Positions 21,720 to 30,667 are shown, counted from the stretch's first letter. The stretch: DNA of 64,000 nt from an uncultured Bacillota bacterium (GCA_900551705.1 URWY01000003.1:1236-65235); one strand, 5' to 3'. Notes: generated from the letters alone by a model not told the origin. Numbers and translations are program-made.

Positions 21720-21953
21720 ATGAAAGAAATTGTTGAATATATAGCAAAAAGCCTTGCAGATTATCCAGATGAAGTGGAAGTTTCAGTTGAAGCCGAAGGC
21801 TCAACTGATGTTGTTCACATCAGAGTTCTCCCAGAAGATATGGGAAAAGTGATTGGCAAAGGCGGAAAAATCGCAACAAGCATAAGAACAATCGTCAAAT
21901 CTTTGGCACAAAAGCAAAACAGACGCATTGTTGTTAAAATTGAAGAAAAATAA
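21720..21953 (+). CDS. ylqC: KH-domain RNA-binding protein (YlqC family)
   Basis: MKEIVEYIAKSLADYPDEV..GKVIGKGGKIATSIRT. The ATG at 21720 has a GGTGA Shine-Dalgarno, so it is preferred over the GTG at 21711. Confidence 0.75.
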   Translation: MKEIVEYIAKSLADYPDEVEVSVEAEGSTDVVHIRVLPEDMGKVIGKGGKIATSIRTIVKSLAQKQNRRIVVKIEEK

Positions 21954-21994
21954 GCCCACTAAGTGGCAGTTTTGTGTGCAAAATAAACAAATTT

Positions 21995-22029
21995 AAAATC
22001 AACCGGATACAAAATTGGGTTGATTTTTG
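21995..22029. terminator. Bidirectional intrinsic terminator between the KH-protein gene and sigK
   Basis: aatcaacc / ggttgatt stem flanked by an A-run and a T-run. Confidence 0.65.
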
Positions 22030-22032
22030 TTT

Positions 22033-22732
22033 TTATGAGAAAGTGCCTTGATTTTCAACTTCGTTACGAATTGTTTCAAGAGCTTTTGTTTCCAATCGCG
22101 AGATATATGAGCGTGAAATGCCAAGTTTTTGAGCGACTTCGCGTTGAGGCAGGGCAGGACAACCTTCCAAGCCATAGCGATATTTTATAATCTCATATTC
22201 ACGCTCCGGCAAAACTTTTTTTATGAGAGTTGACATTTTTTCAGTTAAAATATTGCTTTCAACAACATCTTCCACTTCGCCTTCTATCGTTGGAATTATG
22301 TCCATGAGTTCAATATCGTTGCCGTCTTTGTCTTCGCCTAAACATTCTTGCAAAGACATAGTTTGTTTATGTTTTTTATTGACGCGAATAAGCATCAAAA
22401 TCTCGTTTTCAATACATCTTGCGGCGTAGGTTGACAATTGCGTTCCTTTGCCGTATTCAAAGGAATTTATGGCCTTTATCAGCCCGATAGAGCCCACTGA
22501 AATTAGATCGTCTGCTTCGCCAGCGCCAGAATATTTTTTTACAATATGTGCAACTAAGCGCAAATTGTGGCTGATTAAAATATCTTTTGCCTTTTTATCG
22601 CCAGCCTTAAAGGCTTCAAAGTATTTTTTTTCATCTTCTGGCGAAAGCGGTTTTGGAAAGCCAGATGCTGTGTTGACAAAAGATGAAAAGAGCAAAATCT
22701 TGTGCATAAAAGAGATAAAATTTTCAAAAATC
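22033..22732 (-). CDS. sigK: Sporulation sigma factor, pro-sigma-K-like, uninterrupted
   Basis: FPKPLSPEDEKKY..HNLRLVAHIVKKY..DLISVGSIGLIKAI..TYAARCIENEILM..ISRSYISRLE. The ATG at 22732 follows GGAG. About 25 hydrophobic pro-sequence residues precede FPKPLS. Confidence 0.7.
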
Positions 22733-23029
22733 ATACAAACTCCACATTCTTTTTTGTAAAATTTATCGTTGCTATTAAAACAACTTAAAAATAACAAATT
22801 AGGAAAACGGCATTCTCCATATTGCTTTTTTGTATTTATATGTTTTAACTTGTCGAAATTTGACTGATTGTGAAAAATTTTTGTGCTGCTAAATACAAAA
22901 TTTGTTGAATGTTGACGAAATTTATTGTAAATATATTTTTAAATAATTGCTAAAATATTATGAAAACTTGGTGTTATTTTTTTACAAAAATGCTAAACTA
23001 TGCTAAAATATTTTTATAGGGAAGAAAAT

Positions 23030-23521
23030 ATGGTTAATGAAAAAAATATAATAATTGTTGGTTTGTCTAACGAATTCGTGAAATTCGGAGCAAATCTTTT
23101 GGCGGAGAAATTGGGATACTACAACTTAGATGTTGATAGTATGCTTGAATACACGCTAATGGATAGAATCAAAATGAAGCAGGTTTGCGGCGTCAAATAT
23201 TTGGACGAGCAAGAAAAGAAAGTTATAAAAAGTTTGAACGACTACGAAAAAACGGTGATGTCTATTAAACTGGACACTTTTGCTGCGAATATTAAAAGTT
23301 TGCAAGATAATAACATGCTTGTCTATCTTTCATTCAATAAAAAGCAGGTTAAAGATTTAAATAAACTTTTGACAAACGAATTTAAGACAGAAATCACTCT
23401 TAACGATTTATTATTTCAAGAACATGATAAATATTTGAAAAAAAATTGTGATATTATTTTGAAATGTGATATAAATAATATTGAAGAAAGTTTTAACGAA
23501 TTGATAGAAAAAATTAAATAA
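23030..23521 (+). CDS. Shikimate-kinase-like protein with a degenerate P-loop
   Basis: The layout IIIVGLSNEFVKFGANLLAEKLGYYNLDVDSMLE parallels AroK (GxxGxGKS..LA..LG..F.D.D..IE), but the GKS/T is replaced by FVK. Confidence 0.45.
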   Translation: MVNEKNIIIVGLSNEFVKFGANLLAEKLGYYNLDVDSMLEYTLMDRIKMKQVCGVKYLDEQEKKVIKSLNDYEKTVMSIKLDTFAANIKSLQDNNMLVYLSFNKKQVKDLNKLLTNEFKTEITLNDLLFQEHDKYLKKNCDIILKCDINNIEESFNELIEKIK

Positions 23522-23537
23522 ACTTTGGGAGTTTGTT

Positions 23538-25514
23538 GTGAAAATTGATAACAAAAGTATAAATGTCGCTAGATGTGTCGCCAGCGAGACTATTTCTAAT
23601 GCAAATTCAGGTCATACAGGAGTGGCTCTTAGTGCCGCGACTATTTTATATTCGCTTTTTAAAGACCACTATGTGTTTAGCACAAATGACAATCTGTTTT
23701 TGAATAGGGACAGGTTTATTTTGTCGGCTGGGCACGCGTCTGCTTTGTATTATACTCTTGAAAATATGTTCGGCTACGATATTACCATTGAAGATTTGAT
23801 GGATTATAGAAAGTATGACAGCAAAACCCCAGGTCACCCAGAATTTGGCAGCACACCAGGTGTTGAAGCAACAACCGGGCCGCTTGGACAGGGCATTGCA
23901 AACGGCGTGGGTATGGCTATTGCTGAAACCATGCTTGCTGAGCGTTTTAATGTGCTTGACGACCCAATCTTTTCAAACTATACCTATGTCTTTGCTGGAG
24001 ATGGTTGTTTTATGGAAGGCGTGGCGCTCGAAGCAATCAGCCTTGCAGGCACTCTCAAACTCAATAAATTGATTGTTTTATACGACTGCAACAGCATGAC
24101 AATGGACGGCAAACTCGGCGATGTCAACGCAGAAGATGTAGCAAGAAAATTTATCGCTCAAAATTGGAATGTTATCTATGTCAAAAATGGTAACAACTAC
24201 AAAGCCGTAACAAAAGCAATCGGAAAAGCAAAACAATCGAAAGATAAACCTACAATCGTCATTTTTAAAACCATTTTAGGCTATGGAAGCGACTATGCAA
24301 ACAATCCAATCATTCACGGAATGGCTCTTAAAAGCGACGAAGTAACTTTCTTGCGTCAAAGGTTGTTCTTGGAAGGCAAAGCCTTTGAAATTCCAGAAGA
24401 TGTCAAAAAACATTGTATTCAAAGCAAAATAAGAAACGAAAAAATCGAAATGGATTGGCGCAAAAAGGTCAATTTGTATTCAAAAACAAATCCAGAACTT
24501 TATAAAAAGTTGGCAGTCTTTATTGACAGTAAATATTATGATGTTGAAAAACTGGTCGGCACAAAGATTAAAGATAAAAAAATCAGCGGTAGAAACGCTA
24601 ATTCAATAATTTTAAACTTGCTCGCAGATAAATATCCAAATATCGTTGGCGGAACGGCCGATGTCGCTTGCTCAACAAGAGCATATATCGGCGATGATGA
24701 CGATTATAGCACAACAAATCGTAGGGGCAGAAACATCAAATTCGGTATAAGAGAACACGCAATGGCTGCTATCGCGAACGGAATTAGTTTGTATGCAGGG
24801 CTTAAAGTGTTTGTTTCAACCTTTTTATCGTTCTCAAATTACATGATTCCAGCAATCAGGCTCAGTGCAATGATGAAACAGCCAGTTTTGTATATCTTCA
24901 CGCACGACAGCATTATGGTCGGCGAAGATGGCCCAACTCATCAACCAGTTGAACAATTAGCACAACTAAGGGCAATTCCTGATGTAAATGTTTGCAGACC
25001 ATGTGACTCTCACGAACTCACAGCCTGCTATAATATCGCGCTCAACTCAACTTTACCAACTTGTTTGGTGCTTTCAAGGCAAGATTTAACCGAACAAAAA
25101 ATCGAGCCAACAAAGGCAATGAAGGGCGGTTATGTTTTGGAAAAAGACAGCGGCAAGCCACAATTTGTGCTTTATGCCACTGGCAGCGAAGTTGAACTCG
25201 CAATGGGCGTGAAAAGAGAATTTAACAAACTTGGCGTGAAATGTGCAGTTGTTTCATTCCCTTGCATTGAAGAATTTGAAAGGCAAACTGAAAGTTATAA
25301 GAACTCAACCCTTATGAAAGAGTGTAAATATCGCTTTGCGATTGAAGCATCATCAGACAATGTTTGGTATAAGTATGTCGGCAATGACGGCAAAGTGATA
25401 AACATCACAAAATTTGGTAAAAGCGGCAAGGGCAGCGATGTCTATAAACGCTATGGCTTCTCAGTTGCAAATATCAAAAAAGAAATCATGAAAACAGCAA
25501 AAATCAACATTTAA
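23538..25514 (+). CDS. tkt: Transketolase
   Basis: GTG start after GGGAG. SGHTG, GPLGQGI, GDGCFMEG, and a pyrimidine-binding domain with EDGPTHQP. Confidence 0.95.
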   Translation: MKIDNKSINVARCVASETISNANSGHTGVALSAATILYSLFKDHYVFSTNDNLFLNRDRFILSAGHASALYYTLENMFGYDITIEDLMDYRKYDSKTPGHPEFGSTPGVEATTGPLGQGIANGVGMAIAETMLAERFNVLDDPIFSNYTYVFAGDGCFMEGVALEAISLAGTLKLNKLIVLYDCNSMTMDGKLGDVNAEDVARKFIAQNWNVIYVKNGNNYKAVTKAIGKAKQSKDKPTIVIFKTILGYGSDYANNPIIHGMALKSDEVTFLRQRLFLEGKAFEIPEDVKKHCIQSKIRNEKIEMDWRKKVNLYSKTNPELYKKLAVFIDSKYYDVEKLVGTKIKDKKISGRNANSIILNLLADKYPNIVGGTADVACSTRAYIGDDDDYSTTNRRGRNIKFGIREHAMAAIANGISLYAGLKVFVSTFLSFSNYMIPAIRLSAMMKQPVLYIFTHDSIMVGEDGPTHQPVEQLAQLRAIPDVNVCRPCDSHELTACYNIALNSTLPTCLVLSRQDLTEQKIEPTKAMKGGYVLEKDSGKPQFVLYATGSEVELAMGVKREFNKLGVKCAVVSFPCIEEFERQTESYKNSTLMKECKYRFAIEASSDNVWYKYVGNDGKVINITKFGKSGKGSDVYKRYGFSVANIKKEIMKTAKINI

Positions 25515-25978
25515 GGCAATTTTATAATTGCCTTATTTTTACTTTCGGCATAATCGTAAGCAATTCTCGTCATGCTATGATAGTTTTTTGTGGCAAGAAA
25601 AAAGTAACAATAGTCACATTCGTCAATAATTGAAAGTTTTTTATATAAATCACTATAAAACATGAATTCTTGCGGCGTGTTATTAATAAAAATGTTTGCA
25701 AAATTGAAAATTTCTTGCGGGGTTAACATAACGAACTCGCGTTTTTTATATTTTTCGTGCATATTAAAGTTGTAAATTTTTATTTGTGGATATTTACTTT
25801 GCAAATCAACCAAAACTTGCTTGGCAAATTGGCAAAAATCATTTTGCCTACCTTCAAAAAAATGCACCACATTATATTTGACAATCAATTCTTCAAAGTC
25901 TGAAAACACCAATTTTCTTAGCCTTGAAGTATAAATAAATTTATCGTGACCGTAAATCACGCATGAATTTTCTTCCAT
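25511..25978 (-). CDS. YpsA/DUF1273 SLOG-fold-like protein (155 aa) lacking the Gly-rich loop
   Basis: VIYGHDKF..(N-terminal strand), ..QSKYPQIKIY.., ..IIDECDYCYFFL..RIAYDYAESKNKAIIKL. Its stop codon overlaps the tkt stop codon (25511-25514). Confidence 0.4.
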   Translation of the reverse strand: MEENSCVIYGHDKFIYTSRLRKLVFSDFEELIVKYNVVHFFEGRQNDFCQFAKQVLVDLQSKYPQIKIYNFNMHEKYKKREFVMLTPQEIFNFANIFINNTPQEFMFYSDLYKKLSIIDECDYCYFFLATKNYHSMTRIAYDYAESKNKAIIKLP

Positions 25979-26031
25979 TTTCCGATACCTCGTAATAAAT
26001 ATACCTTTTTTTCATACAAAATGTCAACTAT

Positions 26032-26094
26032 TTACGGTTGTATCGTAAGTATAAATATTTAAATTTTTAATAAAATAATTACGGAATATCGTAA
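26032..26094 (+). promoter_or_regulatory. Two palindromic candidate operators, TTACG-N7-CGTAA (26032-26048) and TTACG-N6-CGTAA (26079-26094), in the divergent control region
   Basis: Read directly from the sequence. The second site abuts the ATG of the XRE gene at 26096. Confidence 0.5.
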
Positions 26095-26095
26095 T

Positions 26096-26344
26096 ATGAA
26101 ATTAACAATAGATGAAGCAATTAGATTAAGAATAAAAGAATTGGTTAAAGAAAAAGGTCTTTCTGTAACTGGTTTATGTTTAAATTCCAATCTTACGCCA
26201 TCAACTGTATTTGACTTTTTATATGGTAAAAGCAATAATCCTAAAATTATTACAATTAAAAAATTATGTGTAGGGGCTGGAATAACATTGCAAGAGTTCT
26301 TTGATAGAGATTATTTCAACTCAGACGAAGATGTTTATAATTAA
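26096..26344 (+). CDS. XRE-family helix-turn-helix transcriptional regulator (82 aa)
   Basis: RIKELVKEKGLSVTGLCLNSNLTPSTVFDFLYGKSNNPKIITIKKLCVGAGITLQEFF is a typical HTH_3 layout. Confidence 0.75.
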   Translation: MKLTIDEAIRLRIKELVKEKGLSVTGLCLNSNLTPSTVFDFLYGKSNNPKIITIKKLCVGAGITLQEFFDRDYFNSDEDVYN

Positions 26345-26369
26345 TTAAAAAATAAATGTATAATATTCG

Positions 26370-26472
26370 TAAAAGTGCATAACATAATAGTGTAAAGAAA
26401 AATCTTCCGTGATAATCGGAAAAGAGTTCTTTACTCAGGCAAAACCACACTGTTATCTAGGTGTGGTTTTTT
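26370..26472 (+). ncRNA. Candidate structured small RNA of about 100 nt, or a structured 3' UTR of the XRE gene
   Basis: Extended -10 TGTATAAT at 26357-26364. Long imperfect hairpin 26392-26434 (gtaaagaa/ttctttac around cttccg/cggaa). Intrinsic terminator aaccacac/gtgtggtt plus T-run at 26443-26472. No downstream plus-strand gene. Confidence 0.4.
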
Positions 26473-26475
26473 GCA

Positions 26476-26502
26476 TAAAAAAAGGGCAGTGGTAAAGCCC
26501 TT
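26476..26502 (-). terminator. Rho-independent terminator of the minus-strand two-gene operon
   Basis: aagggc / gccctt stem, with a T-run on the minus strand (A-run 26476-26483). Confidence 0.65.
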
Positions 26503-26525
26503 AATTGTTAGGTATTTTCGGCGTT

Positions 26526-26906
26526 TTAGTCGTTTGGTGTGTCAAAGAAAACATACATATTTATAAGTTGTGCGGCACACATAATGAAGTCCATATATCT
26601 CTTTTTAACATCGGTGTTTTTATTAATTTCTGTGAAAATTTCGCCTTTAACAAGTTTGAAATCGTATAATTTCAAAATGTCATTAATACATTTTTTAACA
26701 TCAAGTGATGTGAGTTCATAAAGGTCGTTCATGTATCTTAAAATTTGTTTGTTATCGCAAAGTTTGATACAGTTTTCGTCCCTTTTAATGAATAATTGCA
26801 ATGTAAAACTTTCGTTTAAAACTGCGTTTGTTTCGATTCTGTATAAATCGTCGTTGATTTTATAAATTTTGTTGCCTGTCATGATTATATTTAAGATATT
26901 TTTCAT
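26526..26906 (-). CDS. Hypothetical protein (126 aa), possibly DUF1828-like
   Basis: Strong Shine-Dalgarno (aggagaaggaaggaaatATG). The start overlaps the upstream ORF by 47 nt. The family assignment is weak and made from memory of the ..LFI.RD...I.L.D....L.. pattern. Confidence 0.55.
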   Translation of the reverse strand: MKNILNIIMTGNKIYKINDDLYRIETNAVLNESFTLQLFIKRDENCIKLCDNKQILRYMNDLYELTSLDVKKCINDILKLYDFKLVKGEIFTEINKNTDVKKRYMDFIMCAAQLINMYVFFDTPND

Positions 26907-28002
26907 ATTTCCTTCCTTCTCCTATTTGCCAAGATTCATATTCGTCACGGCTGTCATCAAAGCCATAGCGTTTTCTATGTGGTTTTTCTTCTGTTGTTTC
27001 AAGTTTTGTTATTTCTTCTGATTTTGTTTCAGTTTTGACTGGTTTAACTGCTTCAACTTGCTCTTTTGGTTTGTCTTTATCTCTTATATAGTCGATATTT
27101 TCTTTGATTTTATAGAATGGTAGGCGAGTGAAGTGTGGTTTGATTGTCAAATCTGTCTTTTTCAATGTATCGAGCGTTTGTTCTTCGAGTTTTTGGCAAT
27201 ATTCGTAGAAATCGCCGAGTGACTCGTTTTCTTCGCATTCTCTGATGCAAGAGATGTTTAAGTAACTTATGTTCTTTTCAAGTAAATCATCGCAAGTTTT
27301 GATTGCATTTTCTTTTGCTGCGTCCAATCTCATGGCTTTTTTATAGAACATTGCTTGAATTGGATTGCCGCCAGTTTGTGTCATTAGGTTATTATAGTGA
27401 TATTTCATAACGACATCTGAATATCTGTGTTGATGTGCTTGCCCAGCAGGGATATATCTTTTGCTTGTGTCAGGTTGCAAGAGTTTGCCGTCTGAGTCTA
27501 AGAAAGCGTTGGTGTGTTCTTGGCCGCTTGTGTCTATTCTTTGCAAAGTGATGAATTTTTCGCCTTTCAACCTTGTTGCATAAGATGATTTAAAGAATGT
27601 GTCGTTTTTCCAATCGTATTTTGTGATTATGAGAGTTGAAGGGACATAGCCATATTTTGATTTTCCGATTAAGTGGAACAATGTTTGCGTGTGGACATAG
27701 TCGCCGTTGTCGGCTGCTTCTTTGATAACGCGTTTTTCAATTTTATAGATGTATTTTCTGCATTTTAAAAGGTCTTCTGCTGTTTCTTGTTCTATAAAGA
27801 TTGCCGTTTCTTGCAATTTTAAAATATCTTCTGGAACAGAAGGCAAGTCTGACATTTTTGTGCTTGGTAAAATTTTATATTCATAGTTAGGGTCAAAACC
27901 CAAAAGTGAAACGGTTGCCGTGGAAAGGGCATTGGTCACTTTTTCGAGAACCTCAGGCGTAAGTTCCTTAAATTTTGTGGATTTTTTCTTTTTTTGACCC
28001 AT
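26860..28002 (-). CDS. Hypothetical protein (about 380 aa) with no recognisable catalytic motif and a Lys/Glu-rich C-terminal third
   Basis: The ATG at 28002 is preceded by GAGGTG. The TTG at 28014 in the ORF track lies inside that Shine-Dalgarno. Confidence 0.6.
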   Translation of the reverse strand: MGQKKKKSTKFKELTPEVLEKVTNALSTATVSLLGFDPNYEYKILPSTKMSDLPSVPEDILKLQETAIFIEQETAEDLLKCRKYIYKIEKRVIKEAADNGDYVHTQTLFHLIGKSKYGYVPSTLIITKYDWKNDTFFKSSYATRLKGEKFITLQRIDTSGQEHTNAFLDSDGKLLQPDTSKRYIPAGQAHQHRYSDVVMKYHYNNLMTQTGGNPIQAMFYKKAMRLDAAKENAIKTCDDLLEKNISYLNISCIRECEENESLGDFYEYCQKLEEQTLDTLKKTDLTIKPHFTRLPFYKIKENIDYIRDKDKPKEQVEAVKPVKTETKSEEITKLETTEEKPHRKRYGFDDSRDEYESWQIGEGRKYEKYLKYNHDRQQNL

Positions 28003-28104
28003 AAAACACCTCAATTCTTTTGTATCAATTTCATAATATTCTATTTTTGTCGAAATGTCAATACCAATTTGTCAATTTAGCCAGAAATATTTTGATTAAA
28101 ACAC

Positions 28105-28133
28105 TTTACAAATAGTTCTTTATATGATATTAT
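28105..28133 (+). promoter_or_regulatory. rpsO promoter (TTTACA-17-TGaTATTAT), followed by a leader of about 79 nt
   Basis: -35 at 28105-28110 and -10 at 28128-28133, with TG at 28125-28126. Confidence 0.55.
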
Positions 28134-28218
28134 ACGAATGTACTTCATGCAAGGTTTGCCGAGTTGTTACCTCTGACGGTTTGCTTTGTTTGAAGCGTAT
28201 TTTTATAGGAGGTAGAAA

Positions 28219-28479
28219 ATGGATAAAAAAACTAAACAAGAGATTATCGCTAAATATCGTTTAAGTGATGCTGACACTGGCTCAACACAAGTTCAAATTG
28301 CTTTGTTGACACACAGAATTAACCACTTAACAGAACACTTAAAACAAAACCACAAAGATAATCATTCAAGACGCGGTCTTTTACAATTAGTTGGACAAAG
28401 AAAAGGTCTTTTGAAGTATTTAGAAAGCAAAGATATCAATGCATATCGTGAACTTAAAAAATCTCTCGGAATTAGATAA
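28219..28479 (+). CDS. rpsO: 30S ribosomal protein S15
   Basis: [37 protein letters not shown]. Confidence 0.95.
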   Translation: MDKKTKQEIIAKYRLSDADTGSTQVQIALLTHRINHLTEHLKQNHKDNHSRRGLLQLVGQRKGLLKYLESKDINAYRELKKSLGIR

Positions 28480-28492
28480 TTTCGAGTTTTTT
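28465..28492 (+). terminator. rpsO terminator/attenuator hairpin overlapping the stop codon, upstream of pnp
   Basis: ctcggaatt-agat-aatttcgag followed by T6. Confidence 0.7.
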
Positions 28493-28573
28493 GTGTTTTT
28501 TAAAGCCCAATCAAGGGCAACATTTTTAGAGGTAAACAGGCGCATTTTTGCGTAAATTTATAAAGGAGTTTAT

Positions 28574-30667
28574 ATGAGTAATAAAGATGCTCAAATCTTT
28601 GAAATTGAGATTGGTGGCAGAAAAGTTACATTTGAAACTGGCAAGTTTTGTGAACAATCTAGCGGCTCATGCCTTGTTAGATGCGGCGAAACAGCAGTTT
28701 TGGTTAATGTTAACATGAGCGAACAACCAAGACCTGGCATTGATTTCTTCCCACTCAGCGTAGATTTTGAAGAAAAAATGTATTCAGTTGGTAAAATCCC
28801 AGGCGGATTTAAAAAGCGTGAAGGCAGGGCAAGCGATAAGGCTATTTTAACATCAAGATTGATTGATAGACCACTTCGTCCACTTTTCCCAAAAGGCTTT
28901 TTCAACGATGTAACAGTTGTTGCAACAGCATTATCTGTTGAACCAGATGTTATGCCAGAAGTTTTGGCAATGCTTGGTTCATCATTTGCTCTTTCAATAT
29001 CAGACATTCCATTTATGGGACCAACTGGTTCAGTTTGCGTTGGACTTGTTGATGGGCAATACATCATCAACCCAAATCAAGAACAAAGAGAAAAGAGTTT
29101 GATGCACCTTATGCTTTCAGGAACTGATGAAGCAGTTTTGATGGTTGAAGCAGGTGCAAAAGAAGTGACAGAAAAACAAATGCTTGACGCTATTATGTTT
29201 GGTCACGAAGAAATTAAGAAAATCGTTGCTTTCCAAAAGAAAGTTAAAGAACAAATTGGTAAACCAGTAAACGACAAAATCGCTTACAATGTGGTAGACC
29301 CACAAGTTGATGCAGATGTTAGAGAATTTGCAACACCTTTGATTGTTAAAGCATTAGACGAGTTTGATAGACAAGTTCGTCAAGCAAATCAAGACAAAGC
29401 AAACGAAGAAATCCACGAACATTTTGCAGAAATATATCCAGAACAAACAAAAATGATTGACGATGTTATTTACAAAATAACAAAGGAAACAGTTCGTTCT
29501 AAAATCTTGAATGATGGCGTAAGACCAGACGGCAGAAAATTGACAGAAATCAGACCTATTTGGTGTGAAACTGGCGTTCTTCCAAGAGTTCATGGAACAG
29601 GTGTTTTCACTCGTGGACAAACACAAGTTTTAACAACATTAACACTTGGAACAATATCAGATATGCAAAAACTTGAAGGCTTAGATGATGAAGAATGCAA
29701 GAGATATATGCATCATTACAATATGCCAGGATATGCAACTGGCGAAGCAAAGCCTTTAAAGAGTCCAGGAAGAAGAGAAATTGGTCATGGTGCACTTGCA
29801 GAAAGAGCATTGGAACCAGTTATTCCATCAGAAGAAGAATTCCCTTATGCAATCAGGCTTGTAAGTGAAGTTTTATCTTCAAACGGTTCATCATCAATGG
29901 CAAGTACTTGCGGTTCAACACTTGCACTCATGGACGCTGGCGTTCCAATTAAAGCACCAGTTGCTGGTATCGCGATGGGACTTATTAAAGATGACCAAAC
30001 TCATAAAGTTGCAGTTCTTTCAGATATTCAAGGACTTGAAGATTTCTTGGGAGATATGGACTTTAAAGTTACAGGAACATCAAAAGGTATCACAGCAATT
30101 CAAATGGATATTAAAATCAAAGGAATTGATGAAAATATCTTAACAACAGCGCTTGAACAAGCAAGAGCGGGTAGAATGTATATTATGGATAAAATGCTTG
30201 CAGTTATTGATAAACCAAGAGCAGAACTTTCAAAATATGCACCAAAAATTATATCATTTAGCATTAATCCTGATAAGATTAAAGATGTTATCGGCTCAGG
30301 TGGCAAGATGATTAACAAAATTATTGAAGAAACAGGCGTTAAGATTGATATTACAGACGAAGGTCTTGTATACATTGCAACACCAGATTCAGAAATGGCT
30401 GAAAAAGCAAAACAAATTATTTTGAATATTGCAGAAGACTTAGAAGTTGGAAAAATATATTCAGGAAAAGTTGTTAAAATTATGAATTTCGGAGCATTTG
30501 TTGAAATCGCACCTGGAAAAGACGGCATGATTCATATTTCAAAACTTTCAAATAAGAGAGTTGAAAAAGTTGAAGATGTTGTTAAAGTTGATGACGAAGT
30601 TGAAGTTGAAGTTCTTAAAATAGACGATAAGGGCAGAGTAGACTTTAAACTTGTTAGCAAAGCTTAA
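28574..30667 (+). CDS. pnp: Polyribonucleotide nucleotidyltransferase (PNPase)
   Basis: 697 aa. Two RNase PH domains, a KH domain ([15 protein letters not shown]) and an S1 domain ([15 protein letters not shown]). Confidence 0.95.
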   Translation: MSNKDAQIFEIEIGGRKVTFETGKFCEQSSGSCLVRCGETAVLVNVNMSEQPRPGIDFFPLSVDFEEKMYSVGKIPGGFKKREGRASDKAILTSRLIDRPLRPLFPKGFFNDVTVVATALSVEPDVMPEVLAMLGSSFALSISDIPFMGPTGSVCVGLVDGQYIINPNQEQREKSLMHLMLSGTDEAVLMVEAGAKEVTEKQMLDAIMFGHEEIKKIVAFQKKVKEQIGKPVNDKIAYNVVDPQVDADVREFATPLIVKALDEFDRQVRQANQDKANEEIHEHFAEIYPEQTKMIDDVIYKITKETVRSKILNDGVRPDGRKLTEIRPIWCETGVLPRVHGTGVFTRGQTQVLTTLTLGTISDMQKLEGLDDEECKRYMHHYNMPGYATGEAKPLKSPGRREIGHGALAERALEPVIPSEEEFPYAIRLVSEVLSSNGSSSMASTCGSTLALMDAGVPIKAPVAGIAMGLIKDDQTHKVAVLSDIQGLEDFLGDMDFKVTGTSKGITAIQMDIKIKGIDENILTTALEQARAGRMYIMDKMLAVIDKPRAELSKYAPKIISFSINPDKIKDVIGSGGKMINKIIEETGVKIDITDEGLVYIATPDSEMAEKAKQIILNIAEDLEVGKIYSGKVVKIMNFGAFVEIAPGKDGMIHISKLSNKRVEKVEDVVKVDDEVEVEVLKIDDKGRVDFKLVSKA

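Noticed and set aside
22733-22797. N-terminal 21-aa extension of the sigK ORF in the ORF track.
   Set aside because: There is no Shine-Dalgarno at 22797. The ATG at 22732 follows GGAG and gives a pro-sequence length comparable to pro-sigma-K.
28591-29070. Long antisense ORFs inside core genes: 28591-29070 and 30100-30528 in pnp, 39872-40273 in hslU, 47855-48232 in ftsK, 11625-11987 over dnaX/ybaB, and 32427-32723 in ligA.
   Set aside because: They lie fully inside confidently identified genes on the opposite strand. They have low-complexity, Ser/Phe/Ile-rich composition typical of the antisense of AT-rich coding DNA, and they lack Shine-Dalgarno sites.
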